Origin: Narcine bancroftii
Taxonomy: Eukaryota
NCBI RefSeq assembly: GCF_036971445.1
Contig: NC_091474.1
Span: 123,876,001 to 123,940,000, forward strand
Length of the DNA stretch: 64,000 nt
Reading direction: 5' to 3'
In this document: positions 37,560 to 49,480 of the stretch, in pieces
Numbering within the stretch: the stretch's first letter is position 1
How the letters are laid out: the number at the start of each line of letters is the position of its first letter
Position numbers and translations under genes: made by a program
The notes under the pieces: generated by a model
What the model saw: only the letters and a program-made list of their open reading frames with translations
What the model was told of the DNA's origin: nothing
The model's database searches: none

Positions 37560-39010
37560 CTCTGAGCCATGTGCATATGGACCACATCCCTCTAAACCTT
37601 TCCTATCCATGTCCCTTCATGGACACACTTCTTACCTTTATATCTTCCTCTGGAAGTCATTTCCATATCCACACCACCCTCTGTGGGTAAAGGTTGCCCC
37701 TCAGGTGAAACATTCCCTCTAGCTTTAAACTCTTCAACATGAGAGAAAACGTGACCACAATTCACTTTGTTGGAGAAAATCAGCCTCAAATAGTTGAGTT
37801 TTTCCAGCATTGTGTTTTCATCTCCATCACGGAGTCTGCAGACTTTTCTGTTTTATCCCTAACACATAAATGGAGTTTGGACAATCAAATTCTCCTTGCT
37901 CACCCATTTGTCCCGGCCTGTCCACTCTATTAACTGTGTTCCATTTTACTTTTTTAAAATCGGCCTCAGCACTTTCCAGATATGCAATAGCAAATCTCAA
38001 CAAGATATTAGTGCCCCTCCAGTTCAGGGCTCCCTGTCCCTGATGCACGGATCCCACCTCGACCTGCTCTTTGTAGGACATCATCTCCCTTCCTGCCTGT
38101 GACCACAGCCCTGAGATTGGTCAAGGCCTCCAGCTGCTCCTTCTCCCCTTTCAGGATATCCTGAGTTGCTGTGAGAAATCCGTGACACTGGTCCCAAGGA
38201 GGAAACACACCAACCTGGACCCCTCCTCACAGGTTAGGATCTGTCTTCACTTCCACGCTGATCACTAGGCCACGACCTCACCTATATGCCAGCCCGTTGC
38301 TGAGGGAACGGTGCTCACTGATGCTAAAGATGATATGTGAGAGAGCTGTCAATCAGAGGAGCGGTCGAAGAGCCAGGGGAGGGGTGGAGGTAGCTGTCAA
38401 TCAGAGGAGCGGCATCCCGGGAAGAGAGGTGGACAGTCCTGTCGGAGGAGCGGCAATAGCCAGAATTGTGTAAAGTAGGCAGTTAATGTTGCCATCAGAA
38501 ATAAAATGATGGATGAGGCTGCACTCAGTGAGTCTCGGCAGAGACTAGGTCCAGTGATGGAAAATAAAGAGAAGCAGGTTGAAAAAGAGGTGTTTAGCAC
38601 CATCTTGATCAAACGATGATTCTAATGGAGCTGGAGGACTGTACAATACTGGCCACTACACTGTAGGAAGGACATGACTGCAATGGACTGGATGCAGGGT
38701 GGATTTACCAGGATCAGAAGTAATTGTCACGAAATCGTCATGCATATGTTGCCTGGAATGGTGTCTTTGAGTGGGGAGGAGACTGGATATGCTGGGTTTG
38801 TTTTCCTTGGAATGGAGGAGGCCGAGGAGTACGTGAGAGAGGGTCACAAAATTTTGAGGGGTACAGTGAGAGTGGGCAGTGAGAAATCTTTCCTCACAAC
38901 ATAAAAGGGTTAAGCCTGTAGGTGCAGACTGAGGAGGAAGTTTGTGGGAAAAAGGTTTTGATTTCATCTAGAGGCCTGGTGCAATGAGGAATGAACTGTT
39001 TGAGTAATCC
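37560..39010. mobile_element. Mosaic of CR1-like fragments in both orientations
   Basis: ORF1-like minus segment near 37990-38240; RT C-terminal plus segment at 38610-39010. Confidence 0.5.
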
Positions 39011-40355
39011 TCTCTGCAGCTGGAGCCTGGACATTGAATGTAAAACCACAGTCTGACCATTTGACAGCAAAACCTCAAGCCACATTTTTCTGAGCACTGG
39101 CGCACCTCGGCACTACGTGTTGAAGTTTCCTGATTGTGTTGAAGGTCGGATTTGGAGCTCGGGCTGCTGATATTTTGGACTGGATTCTCTGTGGTTGTCC
39201 AGGAGCTTTGGAGATGAATCATAGACACTTGGTAATACTGAGGGAACTCTCTTTTGCTTCTCTTTCTCTGTAAGATTCACTTCTGTCAGTTTCTGCTGAT
39301 GGCAAATCTCTACCTTTCTGCAGGTGAAAGCAAGTTCTTATGGTATATTGTACTGTTTTTATTAACATTACAATAAAGGAACCTTAACCCTTGAACACCA
39401 TTCTACAGAGGAACATTAGAGAGTGGGCAATGTTATCTGTGAAGCATCTGATCGGAGGTCAGTACAAAGAATGATTAAAATGCTGATAGATCACTGGAGT
39501 CTCCCTTCCCTCTATTCACGATAACTAGAGGGAGCAGTGTTTAAAGAGGGCTCATAGAATCATTGAGGACCTTTATCATCCAGCCCACAGTATGTGTAAG
39601 ACACAACCTTGAAGGTAGAGTAACAGGAGCAAAAAAGACATGGATGCCAAGCTGAAAATCAACTACTTCCTACAGGCAGTGAGATTGTTGAACAATTCTA
39701 GGAACCAGTGAATTATTTTATATATATTATTTTAATTTAAAAGGCTATGTATGTATGTTGGTCATGTGTAGTGAATACTGTGTGTCTTTGTGTATGCATT
39801 ATGGTTCAGAGATTTGCTGTTTGCAGTGAACTGGGATTCACTCGTTGGATGTTGTGCTGATGGCTGGCCCCGTCTCCCAGCTCCACCCCCATCTGCTCAA
39901 ATATAACCCTGCTTTCCCATCTAAACCTTCTGAAGACTGCTGTGAGACCCTACCCATTGTTATAACCTCATAAAAGCATTTGTTCTCACTCCAGTCGTAA
40001 GAGCTTTTGCTCATGCTATAATTTTATTAGCTTATTCCCTAATGATGGAAGCACTACTCAAGGCAGTTATGCTACTGATGAATGAACAGAAAGAGTTTCC
40101 TCTAAACATGTCATTGGATATGTCACACCCACCAATGACAGACCTCGACCACCGTCAGTAACAGAAGGCAGCCCTTGCCTTGTATGATGTGTGGAGTGGA
40201 CAGGAGCCACTGGAGAGAATCATTGCTACTCTCCTTGGAACAAAGAAGGGTGGGGGAGATCTGATCCAGGTATTTACACCTCAGAAAGGAAGCATAAGGT
40301 TGTGAACCTACAAGGTCGATTGAAGGTATGATGTCTGAACACCAGGTTTTGGTCG

Positions 40356-41048
40356 TGTAATGGAGGATTTAGACCAGCTTATGCAAGAAGGGATGCAGTT
40401 GCATCAGATGACATAATCTAAATTCCACCATGGGGCCCAGGGATGCAGTTGAATAGGAAGACAATCTAATTTACATCATGAGGCCCAGGATGCATATGAA
40501 TTAGTAGAGGCATCAAAATTCCACCATGGGGCCCAGGATGCAAATCAGTAGACATTATTTAATTTCCACCATGAGGCCCAGAGATGCCAGTTGTCCTTTG
40601 TTGGTCGCAGACTGTCAGGAGACCTTGAAGATGATTAAATCATTTGTTCAAAGAGATAAGATCTGAAGTAAACAACTTTTGGGTCCCACTGCTGAAGTTT
40701 GAAACTCTCCAAGAGGTGGCAACATCTCTCAGCAAGAAGAAGAACTTCAAGAGTCCAGCTAACGTCGAGGGAGGTGGAGAAGCTGCTACTGGCATCCCGA
40801 CAACCTACTACAAGTGTGCAGTCATTGCCTCGCTTCGGCAGTTGGGACCAGTCCAGGCATTAAGTATAATTCGGAAGGGCTTGCATATTGTAGTGTGAAT
40901 TCAGCTTTAGATTTAGTAATAAAGACTTGCATAAACTGAACTGCTCTCAGTGTGTGTGTGTGTGTGTGTGTCTATTTTCTTTCGGTAGCTCGAACACTGT
41001 GACCAATCTAAAACGAACAAAGTAAGAGATACAAGTTTACCCAAGAAA
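40356..41048 (+). mobile_element. Solo LTR of the tRNA-Ser family
   Basis: Homologous to 22361-23065; empty site at about 53471; degenerate 5-bp TSD GGTCG/GATCA. Confidence 0.85.
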
Positions 41049-42610
41049 GATCACTGTGGGCTGAATCAGAATTTATTTTCATGAACAATTCACCAACGTC
41101 GTTGTTTTGCAGCAGTATCTCAGTGTAAACATTTTATATAAACAAAAATAGTCCACAAAAAGTTAATGTAAGCCAGTGATCATTCAGGAATCTGATGGCA
41201 GTGGGAAGAAGCTGTCCTTGTGCTGCTGAGCGCTCATTTTCAGGCTCCTTTCCCAATAGTAGCAGAGCGAAGAGGGCTGGCCTGGGTGGAGGGGGTCCTT
41301 GAGGACAGAGGCTTTAAGACATTTCCTCACTCTGTGGCACACATTCTTGGGAATATTTTGTTCCTACACAGCTGGTGGGAATCACGGACAAGACCATCAT
41401 TATTCCCCAATCGCCAGTAGTCCTGATGCCACTGTCTCACTTGTTCTGGAGGCCAATTAAGTCAGCCACATTGCTGTGGGTGGGAGCAACACAGGGCCCA
41501 GATTTCTTCCACTGGACAGAATCAGTTACCTTGAGAGGCTTTGACCATAGGTCAATCTTCACCAAAACGAGACTGAATGTTTATGCCACCATGGTGTGCC
41601 AGACACTGGTGCTGGCTCCCCTCTTATTTTCCATCTCTGTTAACAATTTGGATGAGAATGTCACTGGCATGGTGTCAAAAACCATGGAGATCATCAGCAC
41701 CCAATGTATATTTGACAGCGAATGTTATAACAGGATGTGGATCAGCTGTGAGAGTGGGTCAGGGATTGAACAATATACAAACTAAAGTGTCGCATTTTGG
41801 GTTTGCTGGTTCTCAGGTGGACAGGGAGGCAAAAATGATCCGAGAAACAATTGATCTTCAGGGAAGAAAAAATCATGTAATTAATTTTCAGGAGAATTTT
41901 TAAAAATCAGCAAACAGGAATTCATGTGCAGAGATCATTGCAAGAAGATTAGAAACTTGATGGGTCGAACAGCCCTTGTCTGATTCTGTGTTTCCATCTC
42001 TCCTTCCTCTAATTTAGAATCTCAACTTGAGGACCAGACCTATCCTTATCCAAACAAATGGCATCATGATAACTGGACCTTTCATTATTTATCCTGTCTT
42101 GTGAGAGTTGTGAGTTCCAGGAATGCCTTGCCAAGGATAATGGTGGCGCCTGAAACTTTAGGGATATTTAAGATCATCTTAGTCAGCACATGGATGAAAC
42201 AAATAGAGGGTTTTTCTTGGAATATGTAGGGCTACTGAACATCAAGGGGCGAAGGGCCTGTACTGTGCTGTTATGTTACATGTTCTATGCACCCCAAGAA
42301 TTCTGATTGACATGAGCAGATGACAATCATACAGTACAACACAGTGATTGGCTATATCCCTGTAATCAAGTGGATAGAGAGGAGAGAGTTTGAAGATCGG
42401 AAACTAGCGGGGAATGTTATTCCTGACCAAGTATAGACATTTGTGACTGGTGTCAGACTTCCGCCACCACAAAGCTCAGAGGTTGCAGTCTGATTGGCTG
42501 TCCTTTATTTTCAAACCACCTGGTAATTTCAGGGAAACTCTAATAACTTTACTGAAAATCATTGAGTTGTTATGAATACCATTTGAAATTTTATGCCCAG
42601 CCTTGTGTGT

Positions 42611-43391
42611 TGTTAGAAACAGAATTAGCTTTAAAGAAATTGCTCGAGACAAAAATTGAGAACAAAGAACATTTATTATACAACAATGCAAAGTTGGGTG
42701 CTTCCCCTTACCCTGGGAATACACACATACACTGGGGCTCACCCAACTTTTATACAGTTTATCTCAGTATAGGAATAAACCCCCCTTACATTCTTCTGCC
42801 TCCATAGCTGGAGAGGTTTGGCATTAGGCAATCCTGCCAGCCTACGTGCTGTTTCTGTGCACTTGGAGGACCAGGGGGTATCCTGGCGGTATCTTCTCAT
42901 GTCATTATCCCCATTGTCCTTATTCATAACCTTGCCCTTGTCCCCATTCACACCTTTCCAACTTTCAGAGCTACAGTCCCTTCATATGCAGAGTTCGCTA
43001 ATCCTGTCTAGGGTTTACTAATTAAATATGCATAACTTGATAAATCTGTGTATGGCTTACTAATTATATATGTAAAACCGGCTAATACTGTCTAAGGTTT
43101 TCTAATTATTTATGCAAGCCTTGCTAATTCTATCTGGGGCTTGGAGACCCTTATCTCGTTCAGACTAACTCTACTTCTATCATCAATTGTCTGTCCTTAT
43201 CTCCTTCAGTTAGTGAACTTGCTGATTCTCTAGGAGATTCTTATCTTACTCAGACAGTGTCAGCTTCCTGCCTTCTAATATCCATGTCTCATGTTGTTTG
43301 TACTGGCTTCATTCATTTACTTATGTATCAATTTTATTTTCTTCATTTCTTCATGTTCATATTGCAATATCAATTTTTCTCATCTCTCACC
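42611..43391 (-). mobile_element. Solo ERV LTR (relative of the tRNA-Pro family)
   Basis: Homologous to 44633-45154 over R/U5; TSD GTGT. Confidence 0.88.
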
Positions 43392-43544
43392 GTGTGGAGA
43401 CTGGAGACAATCGAGTGTTTGGGGGGGTGGGGGGGGGAATAATAGGTGCCGACACATCAGCACATCATCATATTAATTTTCAAAGATAAAGTCTATCAGC
43501 ACAACATCACGTTTGTAAAATATTCGAGCATTGACAAGCAGCTA

Positions 43545-44140
43545 GTTAAGAGGAAGAAGGACGCTTTCATTAGATTTAGGTAGTAGGAAACACGAAGGCT
43601 CATGAGAATTATATGATAGCCATGAAGGACCTTAAGAAAGGACAGGAAAGCTCAAAGAGGGCATGAGAAGCCTTGGCAAGTAGGATTAATTAGAATCCCA
43701 AGGCATTCCATGCATGTGCTAGGAACAGGATAACAAGAATGAAAATGAGGCCACTTAAGTATAAAGGAGACAACAGATGCCTGGAGTGCATAAGAGGTTA
43801 GAGAAGTCCGAAATGGATATGTTTCTTCCGTATTCACTAGAGAACAGGACTTAATCAGGGTGAGGTTAGAATGGAAGAAGGTTGTGTGCTAGGCGATGTT
43901 TAAATTAAGGAAGGAGCATTGGACCTTCTTAGAAACACTAAGATTGGTAAATCCCCAGGGCCAGAAGACATGATATACTCAGCTTACTTTGGGAAAGGAT
44001 GGAAGAGATATTTGGGGCACTGGCTAGAATCTTTGAATCCTTCTTCGACACAGAGGAGGTGCTTGACAATTGGAAAATGGCAAATGTGGTCCCCTGATTT
44101 TAAAAAAAGTTAATAAAGAGAATCATGGGAATTATGGACT
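43545..44140 (+). mobile_element. CR1 LINE fragment
   Basis: IGKSPGPED..., WQM...FKK; occupies the position of the missing H4. Confidence 0.75.
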
Positions 44141-45265
44141 GGTAATATCCAACACAGAGTGAGACAATTCATTCTGCTGTGTCCTAGAGTTCAGACATTC
44201 AACATCCCACATCCCTGGCCCACAGACATATTGGCTTGGGGACATCAGATGTTCCTCTTGCTCTGGTTTCCTGATGATGGCCTCTCAATCAGTAAGTTTC
44301 AGAGTTACAGAAGAACGTCTCCCTCAGCTTCTACTCTCTTTCCACCTACCCTGCCTAATCTCCCTACCCCACCCCAGCTTCTTCACTGATTGACTTCTCT
44401 GCTGAGGCAGGTGGTTCCTTCCCCTCCACCCTGTCAAGGCCTTGTGAGAGATAATAGAATATAGGAAGTAAAGCTAGTATGAATGAAATAAGGAATACTA
44501 GACTAGATTAGAGGAAGTTAAGTAAATGCTGAGTAGGGATGAATTCCGATAAGAGTGTGAGGAAGGGTTACGCAAGTATAATAGAATAAGTGTCTTATAG
44601 TGATAGAAAGAATGAGCCAAGTTCTGCATATATGTGAGAAACAGAAGTACCTTCACAGAAATTGCTCGAGACAAAAATTGAGAACAAAGAACATTTATTA
44701 TACAACAATCCAAAGTTGGGTGCTTTCCCCTTACCCTGGGAATACACACATACACTGGGGCTCACCCAACTTTTATACAGTTTATTTCAGTGTAGAAGTA
44801 CTCTCCCCCTTACATTCTTCTGCCTCCTGGATGAGCTTGGCATTAGGCAATCCTGTCTGCCTACGTGCTGTTTCTGTGAACATGGAGGACCAGGGGGTAT
44901 CGTGTCGGTGTCCCATCATTTCATTGCCCTTATTCACACCTTCCCGACTCTCAGGGCTTACTAACTTCTTATATGCGGAACTTGCTAATTCTGTCTAAGG
45001 CTAGAAGACCCTTATCTTATCCAAACTAACTTTGCTTCCTACATTCTAATATCTATCCTTATCCTATTCATACTGGCTTTATTCATTACACATATATCCA
45101 TACTAGTTTTCTTCATCTTTCATAGTTTCATATTAGTTTTACTCATCTCTCAAAATCCTCACTTTTCTTTTAGCTACACTTCGTGAATTCTCAACTGGAA
45201 TCTATTACTTGTAAACTTGGTCTTTTTCCCAGCGGGTCAGTAAATGAACTGCAGTCTCAGCATTA

Positions 45266-46317
45266 TCAGACAGAATTTGGGAAACATACATCCTTTTGGT
45301 TATAGTGTTCTGACGAGGGGTCCGTTGAATTAAATACTGCACACAAGTCTTTAGGCAGGGGAGCACCCATAATGGCCAGAATAGCGAGTCCAGCTGCTAT
45401 AAGGGCTGTGGGTATCAGACTCCAGTTACCAATAAAAAGTCTAGTCCATTGCCAAGTCTGAACCTGGGCATGGGAAGATTTTTGAACTCCTGAAGAAGTA
45501 TCTTTAACTGCCTGACCGTTGTGAACATTGTCATTAACCAGCCTTTCACAAACACTGCCTTCAGCAGCCAACGAGTAATCGAGAGCCAGGTGGTTTTGTT
45601 GAACTGTGGCTCGTATCTGTCGTCTTACTTCAGCCCATAAATTCAGGGCCATCACTGTCTGTTCGGTGATAATCTCCAAGGCTGGAGTCTGATTAAACGA
45701 TTTAAATGCCAAGCAGCTGTGGTGTTCTGGAGCAGCTTACCTCGTTTACAACTGGAACTCCCCTTACAGTGGTGGTTCTTAACATTCCGAATGTCTGTGT
45801 GACCCAAAGGATGATTTACAGGAGACCAAGTTGGGGAGGGGTGTTTCTTGTCACTTAACCTGTGAGTTGCAGCTTGTCTGCAAACATTAGCATAAGTATC
45901 ACTGAACCTGTGAGTTGCAGCCTGTCTGTGAACATTAGCATATGTATTCACTCTATCTCTGCTACATGTACAATCCTGACTAACATTCTGTCTGTCATTG
46001 TCCCACCATCTTCTTTGTGCTATCTCTTTAAAACTCCCCTTTTTAATACCTGTAGAGGCCGAAATACAAATCAAATCTACTCCCCTCGGGCCGTTCTGTT
46101 CCCTTGGTCCATGTTGGGATCCTATATTAACCCATACTAAATAAGGTACCCCACTATGACTAAACTCTATACCTGCGCCCTGTCTGCATTCTAAAGGTAA
46201 ATAATTGTCACATCTGCTCCCCCTATTCCAGGAGGACTTAATACATTGTGAGCAATTTGGTGATTTCCCAAAAATTGGGAACCAACAAGTAAACAAAACA
46301 GCAAATGGTAAAAACAT
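45266..46317 (-). pseudogene. env: ERV env, shortened and frameshifted
   Basis: Signal-peptide-like MFLPFAVLFTCWFPIFG and Cys-rich 221-aa ORF; HLNRLIRLQ then frameshift to LEIITEQT...QNHLALDYSLAAEGSVC (ISD-like); hydrophobic anchor. Confidence 0.8.
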
Positions 46318-46329
46318 TACAGCACTTTT

Positions 46330-47318
46330 TCCCGGCGTAGTGTAACTTTCAGATCAGAAGGATGAAGGATTGCATGCCAGGTGGAGGGTAGATTATCAAT
46401 GTCTTTAGTCCGTGGATCAGCAGCATGTTTAATTCATTCTATGTAAGTCCACCCCTTTTCTTTCATTTGCACTGCACAGTCTGTAATCAAAAGTGCACAA
46501 TAGAGGCCGTCCCAGACAGGTTTTAGTTGGTGATCTTGCCATGCTTTTACATATACCCAATCACCAGATTTAATAAAATGAATAGGATGCTCCAGGGGTG
46601 GGTTTTGAGCTAATAAACCCTTCCGTTTTAATTCGTATAGAGAGGCAAAAAGTCCTTTTAAATATTTGGATATGTACTGGTCGTTAGCCTCAGTGGTAGG
46701 GGTATTAAAAGGTGACATACAATGTTCGAGTATACCATCTTTCACCAACTGGGGAATTACTGGCTGCAGTCCCTTTCGGCCAGCCATCGGAATTGGATAC
46801 TGCTTTCATCTAATTACTTGCTCAGGATCTTTTAAAGTAACTTTCAAGGAAGGAATATCTAACACTCCTCTATTGCCTCTTTTTGCCCATACTCCAGGAT
46901 TTATTAGTTCTCAATCCTCCTCAGTTAATACATACAATTGAACCCTGATACCTGATTCCTGTGGTCTGGTGCTGATAGCCAATTGGCCCTGTAAATCTCG
47001 TCCTAACAAACAAACTCCAGCTTGGGGAACCAGTAAAATGTACTCTGTTACTATCTTCTCTCCCATTTGTATTCTTACATCCCTTAATATAGGGACCGTA
47101 AAATCTCTTTCTCCTACTCCCGAAATCATCACTGTCCCCTCTATCTTAACAACCTCGGGTGGTTGTAAAATAGTAGACTGGGCTGCCCCAGAATCTACTA
47201 AAAAGGTCATCTTGTCACTGTGGGGTTCTATGCTTAAATTTACCAATGGTTCTCCGTGCAGCCCCACGGTGTGTATTGACTGAGAACCGTGATCCCCCCA
47301 TTCATAATCTGCTTCCAT
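46330..47318 (-). pseudogene. pol: ERV pro-pol remnant (protease, RT start fused to integrase C-terminus)
   Basis: FLVDSGA and LLGRDL protease motifs; SPFNTP joined to ...IKSGDWVYVKAW...PVWDGLY; no RT core, RNase H or DDE core. Confidence 0.85.
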
Positions 47319-47319
47319 C

Positions 47320-48132
47320 TGTCGGACTCTGGCTTTACCCTACCCTTAATTTAGTCTATGTGTCGTCTGAGTCCAGCGTGTTCATTAAATGAAGTGATAG
47401 GAGAAGGTATTTGGTTCAACAATCAGTTTATTACAAGCACAAGAATAAAGCTTAACAGAGTTCTGGTTCCGTCATTAGTTCAGAGGTCACCTGCACAGTG
47501 AGCTATTCCCCAAGACTGACCTCTACTGTCCAGTCTCTACAGTTTATATAGCTCAACCTTATCATACAGAACAAAAGTTGGCTTCCTTTGTGAGATTTCT
47601 TGCATAAGATTTATCACAAGTAATTTCCTGCTCTGCAGTTATCTGGGGTGTAGAGCTCCCATCTTAATCCTCAAGGTCAGAATATCCTGTTGTTTTGATC
47701 AGAAATCAATTCATACCCCAGATATTTCTAATTATTTCTTTGTTCTCATCTGGCCATATTCTTCTGTTCTACTCAACACCTCCTTCTGTCTTAGCCTTCT
47801 TACTTAATCATTCTCTTTGTTTCTGACAGTCTCTGTCAGGATTCTTTTTGTTTATGCTAATCAACACCTCCTTTTGCCTATTAACCTTCCTACTAAATTG
47901 TTTCATACATATCCTCTCTTTTGTATTTTGGGAGCAGGCAATTCTAAACCTACTGTAATCAGCCAACTTTGCTACATACTGTGGCTGCCCCTTACTTACA
48001 TTACTCTTTCCCTTCACCATGAGGTAAATATTAAATTGTTACATAGTACTGGATTCATGTATACAAACTGAATAGTACATAAGCATATATTCTACATATT
48101 TTCTATGATTAATTAACCCCTATACTCCAACA
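47320..48132. mobile_element. Unrelated solo LTR inserted at the gag 3' end
   Basis: TGTCGGA...TCCAACA termini; perfect TSD CATC; removing it restores SYTLM-EADYE. Confidence 0.88.
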
Positions 48133-49251
48133 CATCAGTGTGTAAGATCGCATCTCCCTGGCTCGCATTGGGCATTCTCTCTTAAAATGTCCCTCCTTTT
48201 TACAATGGTAGCAAACTAATGCTCCTGTTTCCCAATTCCTACCGGGATTACCACGAGGTCCCGGGAACGGTCGTCGTCCCCGGAATTCCCCTCTACCCTT
48301 GCCCCTGCTCTGGTCTCTACTCTCCCACTCCCGGAGCTCCTTCCAATGTCAAGGAGCTGGCACACAGCCCCCTACCCTTTCCTTGCTGTCCCTCCACGAC
48401 TTCCTTGACTGCCTGCATCAAAATCTTAGCCTTTCCTTTCTGTTTATTGGGCATTCTCTCTTAAAATTACACACCTCGGTACTAGTCAGGGGCACATTTA
48501 CGAAACCGAGACCTCCTCCCATGGGAACTTCCTGTAAAGGTCTCATCCAGTTAATTTCTGGCTTATTCTCTCCTTTATAATGTCTAGATTCCTGCTCTCC
48601 AGGAAATGAATCAAAGGGTTCTGACCTTCCCTCCCGGAGGGTCTCACACTGTTTTGAATCAAAGTCTCCTCCCTCTCTTGTCAATTGAGGTGGTAATCTA
48701 GTACTTTGTGAACAGGTCATCATACCACCCCTACTTTCTTTAGCTGAGGGGGAGAAGGGGAAGGTGAAGAAGGGTAGCATAGGAGAGAGGGGAAAGATAG
48801 GAGCCGGCATAGGAGGAGCATAAGGTGAAGGAAGGGAATGTAACACATCCCATCCTTGTGTTTCAGGGACAAAAGGTTCCTCATCCTTCTTTCCTTACAT
48901 TCCTTTTCATTCAAAACCAGTTGATCAACCGATCCACTGAGCCAGCAGGCTAGGCTGCATATTCTCTGCTCTCAATATTATCTCTTTGATTTTGATAGAG
49001 CCAGATGTTCAATGCCTGACACATCCAGTCCTCATCGGATCCGAACTTTGGCCAATATACCGAATTCCCTCTTATCGGGTTTTTTTTTAAACCCATTCCA
49101 GACAGCAATACCTGACCATGGTCTGTTTGTCTTTCCCATGGGTTTTCCCCGCTCCCCAATCAGATTGCATTAATCCTAATGGACTTTGCTTAGTTATCTG
49201 ATTGTCCCGTCCTTCCTTACGACTATTTCCCTTGCTACTCACACCTCCTAT
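48133..49251 (-). pseudogene. gag: ERV gag remnant (MA, Pro-rich region, NC; capsid mostly deleted)
   Basis: YWPKFGSDEDWMCQALN; PLQEVPMGGG.GFVNVPLTSTEV; zinc knuckle CYHCKKEGHFKREC. Confidence 0.85.
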
Positions 49252-49462
49252 ACTAACAGGTAAGTAAAATTCCTCTTACCAGGATCCAGTAGTTATTCCT
49301 AGCGCGCTTCCTTAATGTCCTTCCATCGTTTGTTCTCAATGCCTCTTCTCGGATATCACTCGCTTCATCCACTGACAAGTCACCCGCCGTCCGTGAGTCC
49401 AGCTGAATCAGCCGGGGTGCACTACCCTCGTCGTCGGGCACTCTGTCAGTGGAGGGAGTGGG

Positions 49463-49480
49463 ATCCCGCACGAGTCCCCA
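49463..49480 (-). promoter_or_regulatory. Primer-binding site, tRNA-Pro type
   Basis: TGGGGACTCGTGCGGGAT versus the canonical Pro PBS TGGGGGCTCGTCCGGGAT (16/18). Confidence 0.85.

Larger units (their letters stand above)
40078..43545 (+). repeat. Gene-less copy (C) of the H2B-spacer-H4 unit
   Basis: 40078-40170 matches the distal H2B promoter (1900-1990); 42290-42610 matches 16480-17030 without the SINE; 43395-43545 matches the H4 3' flank 17065-17225. Confidence 0.85.
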
